DNA of 49,201 bases from Gaiellaceae bacterium (lineage in GTDB: Bacteria > Actinomycetota > Thermoleophilia > Gaiellales > Gaiellaceae). Of this stretch, positions 17,419-25,751 are shown in pieces. The notes under the pieces are model-generated. The model was given only the letters and a program-made list of their open reading frames with translations, was not told the origin of the DNA and did not search any database. The position numbers and the translations under genes are program-made. Position 1 is the stretch's first letter. The number at the start of each line of letters is the position of its first letter. The stretch is taken from NCBI GenBank assembly GCA_050697935.1, contig JBOHAY010000054.1:1-49201 (forward strand). Reading direction: 5' to 3'.

Positions 17419-18411
17419 ATGGCTACAGTCGCCATCGCCGGCGTATCCGGATACGCGGGTCAGGAGACGCTCGATCGGGTGCTCACGCATCCTGCGCTCG
17501 AGCTCTACGCGCTCGGCTCCGACTCGCTCGCCGGTCAGGCTGCCCATGCGCTGGATCCACGCCTCGGTAGGAACGGATGGAGTCGGATCCCTCGCTTCAT
17601 CACAAATGAAGCGGCTCTGTCGTGCGGCGCTGACGTGACCTTCGTATGTCTCTCGCACCAGGAGGCTGCGGGGCTCGTGCCACCGGCCCGCGGAGTCGTC
17701 GTCGATCTCTCGGGGGCGCATCGCTTTGTCGACCCCGAGGTTTACCCGGCGTGGTACGGGTTCGAACACCCTGCGCCGGACGATCTGGAGTGTTGGTCGT
17801 ACGGGCTGCCCGAGGTGAGCCCTCCGGCGGGACGACTGATCGCCAACCCAGGCTGCTACGCGACCGCGGTGCTCCTGGCGCTTTCGCCGCTCGCGGGCGA
17901 GATCGAGCGCGAAGGGGTTGTCGTCGACGCCAAGTCGGGCATGACGGGTGCGGGTCGCTCGCTCGCTGCCTCGTCTCACGCCGGGGTCGTACTCGAGAAC
18001 GTGACGCCATATCGCGTGGGTGAGCACCAGCACGCTCCGGAGATGGCGTCGCTGCTCGGTTTTCCGGTCACCTTCGTGCCGCACCTTCTTCCCGTGCGGC
18101 GCGGCCTGATGGCGACCTGCTTCGTGAGATCGCGCGGCGTCGATCTGCGTGCGCTGCTCGAGGATCACTACGAAGCGAGCCACGTCGTCACGGTGCTCCC
18201 CGAAGGCGTTGTCCCCGATCTGGCGCGCGTGCAGCAGACCGATGGAGCGGAGATCGGTGTCTTCGCGGATCGCCTCACGGGCGGTGTCATCGTGGTCTGC
18301 GCTCTCGACAACCTCGGCAAGGGGGCTGCCGGCCAGGCCGTTCAGAACGTGAACCTCCTGTTCGGCCTCGACGAGACGACGGGGCTCAGGCTCTCCGGAG
18401 TGCTGGTCTAA
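17419..18411 (+). CDS. argC: N-acetyl-gamma-glutamyl-phosphate reductase
   Basis: 330 aa. VAIAGVSGYAGQE, ANPGCYATAVLLAL (active-site Cys), DAKSGMTGAG, LDNLGKGAAGQAVQN. Confidence 0.92.
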   Translation: MATVAIAGVSGYAGQETLDRVLTHPALELYALGSDSLAGQAAHALDPRLGRNGWSRIPRFITNEAALSCGADVTFVCLSHQEAAGLVPPARGVVVDLSGAHRFVDPEVYPAWYGFEHPAPDDLECWSYGLPEVSPPAGRLIANPGCYATAVLLALSPLAGEIEREGVVVDAKSGMTGAGRSLAASSHAGVVLENVTPYRVGEHQHAPEMASLLGFPVTFVPHLLPVRRGLMATCFVRSRGVDLRALLEDHYEASHVVTVLPEGVVPDLARVQQTDGAEIGVFADRLTGGVIVVCALDNLGKGAAGQAVQNVNLLFGLDETTGLRLSGVLV

Positions 18412-18413
18412 CG

Positions 18414-19577
18414 GTGTCCGTCACTGCGGCAAGCGGGTTTGAAGCTAGCGGCGTCGAAGCCGGCATCCGGCGCGCGGGACCTGATCTCGCGCTCGTTCGC
18501 TCCACCGTGCCCGCGGTCGGTGCGGCTGTTTGGACGACGAATCGCATCCTCGCCGCGCCCGTAGTCGTCTCCCAGCGACATCTCGAGGTTGCGGAGCCAC
18601 AGGCTGTGGTCGTGAACGCAGGCGTCGCAAACGCGGCGACAGGGGCAGCTGGAGTCGCGGACGCGGAGCGCACTGCCCGTGAGGCGGCGGAGCTTCTCGG
18701 CTTGCAGGCCGAGCAGGTCGTCGTTCTCTCCACGGGTGTGATCGGCGTGCCGTTGCCGCTGGCGAAGGTCGTCGGTGGACTGCGCGAGGCCGCCGCGGCG
18801 CTCGGGCCTGATGGCGGAGACGCCGCTGCCACAGCGATTCTGACGACTGACCGCGCACCCAAGCAGGCGGTCGTGCGCGCCGCCGGCTTCGTCGTGGGTG
18901 GGATGGCAAAAGGCGCAGGGATGATCCATCCGCGACTGGCGACGATGCTCGCCGTCGTCACGACGGACTACCCGCTCGAGCCCGGAGAGGCGATCGACTT
19001 CCTCCGCCCGGCGGTCGACGAGAGCTTCAACCGCATCAGCGTCGACGGCGAGTGTTCGACGAACGACGCGGTCGTGCTTCTGGCCAACGGGTCGAGTGGG
19101 GTCGCTCGGAGCCCCGGCGAAGACGAAGAGTTCGCTGCCGCTCTGGGAGATGTGTGCGCTGCGCTTGCACGCGAGATCGTCGAGGACGGCGAAGGAGCGA
19201 CTGTGATCCTCGAGATCCATGTCTCTGGAGCCTCGACAGACGAGGAAGCGGTCGCTGTCGCCCGTCGGATCGCGACGTCGCCTCTCGTCAAGACGGCCGC
19301 GTTCGGGCACGACCCGAACTGGGGCCGAGTGCTCGCCGCGGCCGGTTCGGCGCCATGGAACGGCGGTTTCGCGCGCCTCGACGTCGACCAGCTATCGGTG
19401 ACATTCGATGACACAGTGGTCTTCCAACAGGGCGCGCCGACGGGTGTGCTTCCGAGCCTCGGGGGTGCCGGCGTCTCCATCGGGCTCGAGCTCGGGCTGG
19501 GCTCGGGTGAGGCCTCGTACCTGGCGTCCGATCTGACGTACGACTACGTCCGGCTGAACGCCGAGTACACGACGTGA
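18414..19577 (+). CDS. argJ: Bifunctional ornithine acetyltransferase / N-acetylglutamate synthase
   Basis: 387 aa, GTG start. GGMAKGAGMIHPRLATMLAVVTTD (self-cleavage site), SVDGECSTND, NWGRVLAA. Confidence 0.92.
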   Translation: MSVTAASGFEASGVEAGIRRAGPDLALVRSTVPAVGAAVWTTNRILAAPVVVSQRHLEVAEPQAVVVNAGVANAATGAAGVADAERTAREAAELLGLQAEQVVVLSTGVIGVPLPLAKVVGGLREAAAALGPDGGDAAATAILTTDRAPKQAVVRAAGFVVGGMAKGAGMIHPRLATMLAVVTTDYPLEPGEAIDFLRPAVDESFNRISVDGECSTNDAVVLLANGSSGVARSPGEDEEFAAALGDVCAALAREIVEDGEGATVILEIHVSGASTDEEAVAVARRIATSPLVKTAAFGHDPNWGRVLAAAGSAPWNGGFARLDVDQLSVTFDDTVVFQQGAPTGVLPSLGGAGVSIGLELGLGSGEASYLASDLTYDYVRLNAEYTT

Positions 19578-20242
19578 CCCGCGTCGTTCTCAAGCTCGGG
19601 GGGCGCGTCGCGACTGCCGGTGCGCGCCTCGCCGTCGATCTCCACGACGCTGGGAACGAGGTGGTCGTGGTTCACGGTGCAGGCCCACAGATCACCGCCG
19701 CGCTGCAGGCACGGGGGATCCCGGTCAGGTTCAGCGCCGGCCGCCGTTTCACGGATCCGGCGACTCTCGCTGTCGTGCGTAGGTCGCTGGTTGCCGTCGG
19801 GGCCGAGGTGTCCGCCGCACTCGGCCCCGCGGCACTGTCTCTCGTCGGCGACGAGATCGGCCTTTGCGCGCGCCATCTTCCCGAGCTCGGGCGGGTCGGG
19901 GAGCCGATGCCGTGCCGGCCTCTTGCGGTGGAGGACGCGCTCGCCGCCGGCCGCATCCCCGTCGTGACTCCGATCGCCGTCGGCCCGCTGAACGTGAACG
20001 CCGACGAGGCGGCCGCAGCGCTCGCGGCCGGGATCGAGGCCGACCGAATCGTCTTCGTCTCCGATGTTCCAGGGGTCTATGTCGAGGGCTCCGTGGTCAG
20101 GCGCCTGCACGCCGACCGTGCGAACGAGCTTCTCGATGCGGGTGCCTTCGAGGGCGGAATCGTGCCCAAGCTCCTCGCCGCGGTGCGCGCCGCCCGTCTT
20201 GGCATCACCGCCGAGATCGGGGAGACGACGGTCGCCGCATGA
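19574..20242 (+). CDS. argB: Acetylglutamate kinase (compact, 222 aa)
   Basis: VVLKLGG, VVVVHGAGPQI, PVVTPIAVGP...LNVNADEAAAALAAGI.ADRIVFVSDVPGV. The GTGA overlap with argJ and the position in the arg cluster support the call. Confidence 0.8.
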   Translation: MTRVVLKLGGRVATAGARLAVDLHDAGNEVVVVHGAGPQITAALQARGIPVRFSAGRRFTDPATLAVVRRSLVAVGAEVSAALGPAALSLVGDEIGLCARHLPELGRVGEPMPCRPLAVEDALAAGRIPVVTPIAVGPLNVNADEAAAALAAGIEADRIVFVSDVPGVYVEGSVVRRLHADRANELLDAGAFEGGIVPKLLAAVRAARLGITAEIGETTVAA

Positions 20243-21402
20243 TTGCTCCAAGCAACAGTCTGTTGCAAGGCATCGAGCGGCTGCTGCCGACCTACGCCCG
20301 GGCTGATCTCACGATCGCTCGTGGTGAAGGAGCGCGCGTCTGGGATTCGGATGGCTGCGAATACCTCGACTTCGGCGGCGGCATCGCCGTCGTCTCGCTC
20401 GGCCACTGTCATGCGGCTCCTCTGGCTGCCGCTCGAGAGCAACTCGGACGTCTATGGCATGCGTCGAACCTGTACCGAACCGAGCCGGCGGAGGAGCTCG
20501 CGGCAAGGCTCTCCGAGCGCTTCGACGGTGCGCAGGCGTTCTTCTGCAACTCGGGCGCCGAGTCGATCGAGGCGGCTCTCAAGTACGCGCGCAAAGCCAC
20601 CGGTCGGCCCGGTGTCGTCGCGCTCGAAGGGAGCTTCCACGGGCGGACTCTGGGAGCGCTGTCCGTGACCGGGCAGCCGGCGAAGCGAGAGACTTTTGCG
20701 CCCCTCGTTCCCGGCGTTCGCTTCGTGCCTCCGAACGACGTCGCGGCACTCGAGGCCGCAGTCGACGACGAGGTGGGGCTGATCCTGCTCGAGCCGATTC
20801 TCGGGGAGGGCGGTGTGATCCCGCTCGATGTGGAGTTCGTCGCGGCGGCGGCCGCACTCGCGCCGCTCCTCGGCCTCGACGAAATTCAGACTGGAGTGGG
20901 CCGCACGGGATCCTTCTTCGGCTTCGAGCAGCTGGACGTGCGGCCCGATCTCGTCACACTCGCAAAGGGGCTCGCCAATGGCCTCCCGATTGGCGCGCTG
21001 CTCGTCGCCGACGATGTATCAGGCGCGTTCGCGCCCGGGGATCACGGCTCGACCTTCGGCGGGAACCCGGTCTCATGCGCCGCGGCGAGCGCCGTAGTCC
21101 ATGCGATCGACGAGGAGCTCCTCGGTCGCGTTGCGGCCCAGGGAGCTGCTCTCGCCGAGGGGCTCACCGCACTGCCCGGAGTGGTGGAAGTTCGCGGGCG
21201 AGGGCTTCTGCTCGGTGCCGTCGTCGATCGAGCCGCGAGCGAAATCGTCGAAGCGTGCCGCGAGCGTGGTCTGCTCGTTCTGACAGCGGGCGACGATGTC
21301 GTACGGCTTGCGCCGCCGCTCACCATCGGCGACGAAGACGTCGACGAGGCGCTCGCGATCATGGCTTCCGCGGTTGGAGCGGACAGCCCGTCAACCAAGT
21401 GA
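20239..21402 (+). CDS. argD: Acetylornithine aminotransferase
   Basis: The ATG at 20239 overlaps the argB TGA. MIAPSNSLLQGIERLLPTYARADLTIARGEGARVWD..G.EYLDFGGGIAVVSLGHCH, FCNSGAESIEAALK, DEIQTGVGRTGSFF, TLAKGLANGLPIGA. The upstream part of track ORF 19864..21402 is an out-of-frame overlap with argB. Confidence 0.9.
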   Translation: MIAPSNSLLQGIERLLPTYARADLTIARGEGARVWDSDGCEYLDFGGGIAVVSLGHCHAAPLAAAREQLGRLWHASNLYRTEPAEELAARLSERFDGAQAFFCNSGAESIEAALKYARKATGRPGVVALEGSFHGRTLGALSVTGQPAKRETFAPLVPGVRFVPPNDVAALEAAVDDEVGLILLEPILGEGGVIPLDVEFVAAAAALAPLLGLDEIQTGVGRTGSFFGFEQLDVRPDLVTLAKGLANGLPIGALLVADDVSGAFAPGDHGSTFGGNPVSCAAASAVVHAIDEELLGRVAAQGAALAEGLTALPGVVEVRGRGLLLGAVVDRAASEIVEACRERGLLVLTAGDDVVRLAPPLTIGDEDVDEALAIMASAVGADSPSTK

Positions 21403-21408
21403 CAAAGT

Positions 21409-21450
21409 GTTACAAGAACCGCATATTGTGCTACGATCCTGCATACTATG
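21409..21450 (+). promoter_or_regulatory. argR promoter candidate with tandem TGCAT-type repeats
   Basis: TTACAA (21409-21414), 16 nt, TACGAT (21431-21436). The repeats ccgcatattgtgc (21418-21430) and cctgcatactatga (21437-21450) are 20 bp apart and overlap the -10 and the ATG at 21448. Clear local AT enrichment. Confidence 0.4.
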
Positions 21451-21912
21451 AATCGCCGCGAGCGACAGAGCGCGATCCTCGAGCTCGTGCGCGATCACGC
21501 CCTCTCGACGCAGGCCGAGGTCGCGTCGGCGCTCAGGGAGACGGGTTTCGAGGTCGTGCAGACCACCGTCTCGCGTGATATCGCCGACCTCGGGCTCGTC
21601 AAGGTGAGGGCCCCGAGTGGGCGCCTCGTGTATGCGCCGCCCGGGACGACGGACGGGGATCGCATGCGGGCGCTCGGCGCCGCAATGCGTCGGTATGCGA
21701 TCAGTGCTGAGGCTGCAGGGCCGCTCGTCGTCCTCACGACGCCGTCCGGCTACGCGAATGCCCTCGCGCAGGCCATCGACGAGGCCGCTCACCCGGGAAT
21801 TGCCGGCACGATCGCGGGCGACAACGCGATCTTCGTGGCCGCTCGGGACGGCACTTCGGCGGCGGTCCTCCGGGAGGAGCTCTCCGGCCACTTGCTACAG
21901 GGTGCGGCATGA
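21448..21912 (+). CDS. argR: Arginine repressor
   Basis: 154 aa. RQSAILELVRDHALSTQAEVASALRETGFEVVQTTVSRDIADLGLVKV and C-terminal GTIAGDNAIFV. Confidence 0.92.
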   Translation: MNRRERQSAILELVRDHALSTQAEVASALRETGFEVVQTTVSRDIADLGLVKVRAPSGRLVYAPPGTTDGDRMRALGAAMRRYAISAEAAGPLVVLTTPSGYANALAQAIDEAAHPGIAGTIAGDNAIFVAARDGTSAAVLREELSGHLLQGAA

Positions 21913-21998
21913 GCAACGCAAGCCTCCGGCTAGCATGTGCCCACTTCTTCTTGGAGACGTGGGGAACCTCCCGGTCTCTCACGCCCCTCCACGCGCAT

Positions 21999-22015
21999 GG
22001 GCCGGAGTCCGGCCC
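21999..22015 (+). other. Perfect GC hairpin ending 1 nt before the proposed argG GTG
   Basis: gggccgga-g-tccggccc has 8-nt complementary arms. It lies in the 103-bp argR-argG spacer. Confidence 0.5.
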
Positions 22016-23248
22016 GTGAGTCTGCAGCTTGCGTCCTCCCTCCCCGCCACCGCCGTTGTCGCGTACTCGGGCGGGCTCGAGACGTCGTGCATCCTCGCGT
22101 GGCTCAAGGAAGACTGGTACGGCTACGACGAGGTCGTGGCAGTCCTCGTCGGCGTCGGACAGGAGTTCGACCTCGAGGAGTCGATCGCACGCGCCGAGGC
22201 TGCCGGAGCCGACGATGTCATCCTCGTCGATCGGAAGGATGCGTTCGCCGACGAGCAGTGTGCGCGGGCGATCCTCACGAATGCGCTCTACGAGGGGAAG
22301 TATCCGCTCGTCTCGGCGCTCTCTCGCCCGGTCATCGCGGGAGCGGTCGCCGAGATCGCGCTCGAGCTGGGGGCCGGGGCCGTCGTTCACGGCTGCACCG
22401 GCAAGGGGAACGACCAGCTCCGCTTCGAGCTCGCGTTCAAGGCGCACTACCCCGGCGTCAAGGTGATCGCGCCGCTGCGCGACAAGATCTGGACGCGGGA
22501 CGAGGAGATCGAATATGCGCTAGCCAAGGGGATCCCGGTCGTCCAGACCGCATCCTCTCCGTACTCGATCGACGAAAACCTGTTCGGGCGTGCCATCGAG
22601 GCCGGTGTTCTGGAGGATCCCTGGAACGCGCCTCCGGACGAGCCCTACGCACTCACGTCTGATCCCTCCACTGCGCCCGCCCCGATCGAGGTGGTCGTGG
22701 GCTTCGAGCAAGGGCTCCCGGTCTCGATAGACGGCGAGGAGCTTTCCCTTGCGGAGCTGATCTCGCGCGCCAACCACCTTGCAGGCGCGTATGGCATCGG
22801 GCGGATCGACATGATCGAGAACCGCGCGGTCGGGATCAAGAGCCGCGAGGTCTACGAGGCGCCGGGGGCGATCATGCTCATCACGGCGCACTCCGCTCTC
22901 GAGGACGTCGTCCTGACGAAGGACGAGGGGCGGCTCAAGCGACCGCTCGAGCAGCGCTGGACGGAGATTGTCTACGAAGGTCGCTGGCACAGCCCGGCGC
23001 GCGAGGCGATCGACGCCCTCGTCGACTCGACGCAGCAGCTCGTCACGGGCGAGGTTCGGCTCGAGCTCCGACCGAACGCGGCCGTCGTCACCGGCCGACA
23101 CTCCCCGCACATGATCTATGCGGCAGATCTCGCCTCATACGGGACAGGCGAGACGTTCCCGCACGATGCAGCCGAGGGCTTCATCCGGATCTCGTCGCTC
23201 GAGACCGAGCTGCACGCGGCCAGAGCCCGCACTCTGAGCCGGGCATAA
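22016..23248 (+). CDS. argG: Argininosuccinate synthase
   Basis: VVAYSGGLETSCILAWL, GCTGKGNDQLRFE, SIDENLFGR, ENRAVGIKSREVYE. The start is placed at the in-frame GTG at 22016. The upstream 130 aa of track ORF 21617..23248 overlap argR out of frame. Confidence 0.88.
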   Translation: MSLQLASSLPATAVVAYSGGLETSCILAWLKEDWYGYDEVVAVLVGVGQEFDLEESIARAEAAGADDVILVDRKDAFADEQCARAILTNALYEGKYPLVSALSRPVIAGAVAEIALELGAGAVVHGCTGKGNDQLRFELAFKAHYPGVKVIAPLRDKIWTRDEEIEYALAKGIPVVQTASSPYSIDENLFGRAIEAGVLEDPWNAPPDEPYALTSDPSTAPAPIEVVVGFEQGLPVSIDGEELSLAELISRANHLAGAYGIGRIDMIENRAVGIKSREVYEAPGAIMLITAHSALEDVVLTKDEGRLKRPLEQRWTEIVYEGRWHSPAREAIDALVDSTQQLVTGEVRLELRPNAAVVTGRHSPHMIYAADLASYGTGETFPHDAAEGFIRISSLETELHAARARTLSRA

Positions 23249-23256
23249 TCCTCCGG

Positions 23257-24489
23257 GTGACGACGTGGTCGGGGCGGGTCGAGGGCAGCCTCGACGCCGA
23301 AGTCTGGGAGTTCCTTCGTGCGAACGACGCGGAGCTGCTCCCGTACGACTGCGAGGCGTCCTGCGAGCACGCGCGCCGCCTGCTAGAAGCCGGGATTCTC
23401 ACGCTCGAGGAGTTCGAGGAAGTCGAGACGCGACTGGCCGAGATCGCGCAGGACCCTGACGGCTATCTCGAGTCGGACGAGGACGTCCACACCTCGATCG
23501 AGCGCCAGCTCGGGGATGTCGGCCGCAAGATCCACGCGGGCCGGTCGCGGAACGACCAGGTCGCGGCCGCCTTCCGCCTGTACGTCCTCGACGCCTGTGC
23601 CGAGGCGCGCGACGAGATCGACGCGCTTGCTCTCGTCATCCTTTCGTTCGCCGAGTCCGAGGCGGAGACGGTGATGCCCGGCTACACGCACCTGCAGCGG
23701 GCGCAGCCGGTCACGCTCGGCCACCACGTGCTCGCGTGGGTAGAGATGCTCGATCGCGATCGGACGCGCTTCGCAGCAGCTGCGGAGGCCGCGGCGGAGA
23801 GCCCTCTGGGCGCGGGCGCACTCGCCGGCTCTACGCTCGAGCTGCCGCCGCCACCTCGTCAGATGCGCAACTCGATCGACGCCGTCGCCGATCGTGACTT
23901 CGCCCTCGACTACCTGTACGCGGCCGCAGTCCTCTTCACGCACCTCTCGCGGATCGGCGAGGAGATCGTGATCTGGGCGACCTCCGAGTTCGGGTTCGTC
24001 CTTCTCCCCGAGTCCGCGGCCACGGGGTCGTCGATGATGCCGCAGAAGCTCAACCCCGATGTCGCGGAGCTCGCGCGCGGAAAGGCAGGCACGGCGATCG
24101 GGCGACTTACCGGTCTGCTGGCGACCGTGAAGGGGCTCCCGCTCGCGTACGACCGCGATCTCCAGGAGGACAAGACGCCGGTGTTCGCGACTCGGCGGGA
24201 CACGAGGCTCGCGCTCGAAGCGCTGACCATGCTCGTCAGCGGGCTCGCGGTCGACCGCGCGCGGCTTGCGAAGGCGGCGGCCGACCCGCTCCTGCTCGCG
24301 ACGGACGTGGCGGAAGCGCTCGTCCACCAAGGCGTCCCGTTCCGCGATGCCCATGGGCAAGTCGCCGAAAGCGTTCGCGACGGCTCCTTCAAGAAGCCGC
24401 GCAAGCGTGCCAAGCGGTCAGCGCCCGGACCCGGTGGCATTCGGGACGCGCTCGACGAGGCGCGCCACCGCTTCGTCGACAATCTGTGA
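23257..24489 (+). CDS. argH: Argininosuccinate lyase (compact, 410 aa)
   Basis: GRSRNDQVAAAFRLY, MPGYTHLQRAQPVTLGHH, GSSMMPQKLNPDVAEL (fumarate-lyase signature). The C-terminus is about 40-50 aa shorter than the typical ArgH as I recall it. Confidence 0.88.
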   Translation: MTTWSGRVEGSLDAEVWEFLRANDAELLPYDCEASCEHARRLLEAGILTLEEFEEVETRLAEIAQDPDGYLESDEDVHTSIERQLGDVGRKIHAGRSRNDQVAAAFRLYVLDACAEARDEIDALALVILSFAESEAETVMPGYTHLQRAQPVTLGHHVLAWVEMLDRDRTRFAAAAEAAAESPLGAGALAGSTLELPPPPRQMRNSIDAVADRDFALDYLYAAAVLFTHLSRIGEEIVIWATSEFGFVLLPESAATGSSMMPQKLNPDVAELARGKAGTAIGRLTGLLATVKGLPLAYDRDLQEDKTPVFATRRDTRLALEALTMLVSGLAVDRARLAKAAADPLLLATDVAEALVHQGVPFRDAHGQVAESVRDGSFKKPRKRAKRSAPGPGGIRDALDEARHRFVDNL

Positions 24490-24591
24490 TTTGCACGAGG
24501 CCGGCTCTAATGTGCACAAGACCGGACCTCGGCTAGAGCCGAACTCGGTCTAAAAGGCGCCGGACTCGCCGTCGCTTGCGCTCTTGAACGA

Positions 24592-25710
24592 CTAGCGCTC
24601 GGCGACCAACGTGTCGCGAACGCGGCGCTGGAAGTCGGCGATGAGCTTTTCGCTCTCCGCCATCAGCCGGCCTTGTGGGACCATCCCCGAGTCGAGGCCG
24701 CGCTGGACTGACTCGACCAGAGCGACGTCCTCCTCGCCGACCTGGTTGTCCCAGGCCATGAGTTCCTCGATCTCGTTCTTCGAAGCGTCTGGCCCGAAGT
24801 AGTAGTCCGTTACCTCGACCGTCCGCTTCGCGCCGTCGGGGTTCCACCGCTCGAGCGAGACGTTGGGGATTCCAGGGGCGATATTCACCGTCGTCATCGG
24901 AAAGAGGAAGTGGAACTGCGACTGCTTGACGGCCCCTCGCGGTGTGAACGCAGCCTTGCCGTTCCCGTCCAGCGCGGACGCGCGGACCGGCCCGATCTGG
25001 CTCGAGAAGGTCTCGTGGACGCTCAGGAGGTAGCTGTCCGGGTTTACGTCGATGACCTTGCTGAACCCCGGGTGCGCGGCGGGGCAGTGGTAGCACTCGA
25101 GATAGTTCTCCATCGCGATCTTCCAGTTCGAGTCGACGGGCCACTCGTGATGCGAGTGGAAGCGGAGGGTGTCGACGTCGAGGCCGCTTCGACCCACAAT
25201 CGCGGGCATGTCTCCGAGAGCGTCCTCGAGCGGGGCGGCGTACGGGTCGGGGTTGACGAAGACGAACGGCCCCCATGTTCCGACGGACACAGGGAGCAGC
25301 GAGAGTCCGCCGGAATCGAACCCAGGCTCTCGCTCGGAGCGTGGCGCCTTGCGCAGCGTGCCGTCGAGGTCGTAGGTCCAGGCATGGTAGGGGCACTGCA
25401 GTGTCTCGCGGCAGCCTTCGCCCGCGAGAACGACATGCCCGCGGTGCCTGCAGACGTTGACGAACCCGCGCAGCGTCCTATCGGCGCCGCGAACGACGGC
25501 GATCGGGACGTGTCCGACCTGCGCGGCGAAGAAGCATCCCCGGTCGGTGACCCACTCGAGAGGTCCCGCGTAGTGCCAGGCCGCGGCAAAGATCCGCTCG
25601 CGCTCGAGCGCGAACACGTGCTCGTCCGAGTACCAGCTCGCCGGGAGCGTCCAGCCGTCCTCGAGCGCGTGCTCGAAAGGCGCGATCGAAGTCGTCTGTT
25701 CCGTAGCCAT
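24592..25710 (-). CDS. Rieske [2Fe-2S] non-haem iron oxygenase, alpha-subunit type (GbcA/CntA/choline-monooxygenase-like)
   Basis: 372 aa. CRHRGHVV...CPYHAWTY (Rieske ligands) and NWKIAMENYLECYHCPAAHPGF (mononuclear-iron motif of the betaine/carnitine/choline oxygenase group). Confidence 0.8.
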   Translation of the reverse strand: MATEQTTSIAPFEHALEDGWTLPASWYSDEHVFALERERIFAAAWHYAGPLEWVTDRGCFFAAQVGHVPIAVVRGADRTLRGFVNVCRHRGHVVLAGEGCRETLQCPYHAWTYDLDGTLRKAPRSEREPGFDSGGLSLLPVSVGTWGPFVFVNPDPYAAPLEDALGDMPAIVGRSGLDVDTLRFHSHHEWPVDSNWKIAMENYLECYHCPAAHPGFSKVIDVNPDSYLLSVHETFSSQIGPVRASALDGNGKAAFTPRGAVKQSQFHFLFPMTTVNIAPGIPNVSLERWNPDGAKRTVEVTDYYFGPDASKNEIEELMAWDNQVGEEDVALVESVQRGLDSGMVPQGRLMAESEKLIADFQRRVRDTLVAER

Positions 25711-25720
25711 CTACTTGCCT

Positions 25721-25742
25721 CCTGACTGACTTGTCAGTCAGG
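25721..25742. promoter_or_regulatory. Perfect 10+2+10 palindrome, candidate TetR operator in a divergent promoter
   Basis: cctgactgac-tt-gtcagtcagg lies between the Rieske ATG (25710, minus strand) and the tetR ATG (25752). Confidence 0.65.
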
Positions 25743-25751
25743 ATACTCGGG

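Noticed and set aside
16803-17435. The HNH endonuclease as the core of a mobile element, homing element or defence system
   Set aside because: It is a single small COG1403-type HNH protein with no flanking repeats, no integrase or transposase, no methylase or ATPase partner, and no compositional shift. It looks like the stand-alone HNH protein common in actinobacterial chromosomes. I cannot exclude a role without neighbourhood statistics.
19864-21578. Long Arg-rich ORFs 19864..21402 (N-terminal part) and 20454..21578 across argB, argD and argR
   Set aside because: These are off-frame overlaps of well-supported arg genes. The argD ATG at 20239 overlaps the argB stop and gives a normal-length protein.
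24490-24591. Imperfect stem-loops in the argH / Rieske convergent spacer, considered as intrinsic terminators
   Set aside because: The stems are short or bulged (gaggccgg...ccggacctc; agagccga..tcggtct). The only A/T run is on the wrong side for either transcript. The evidence is too weak to annotate.
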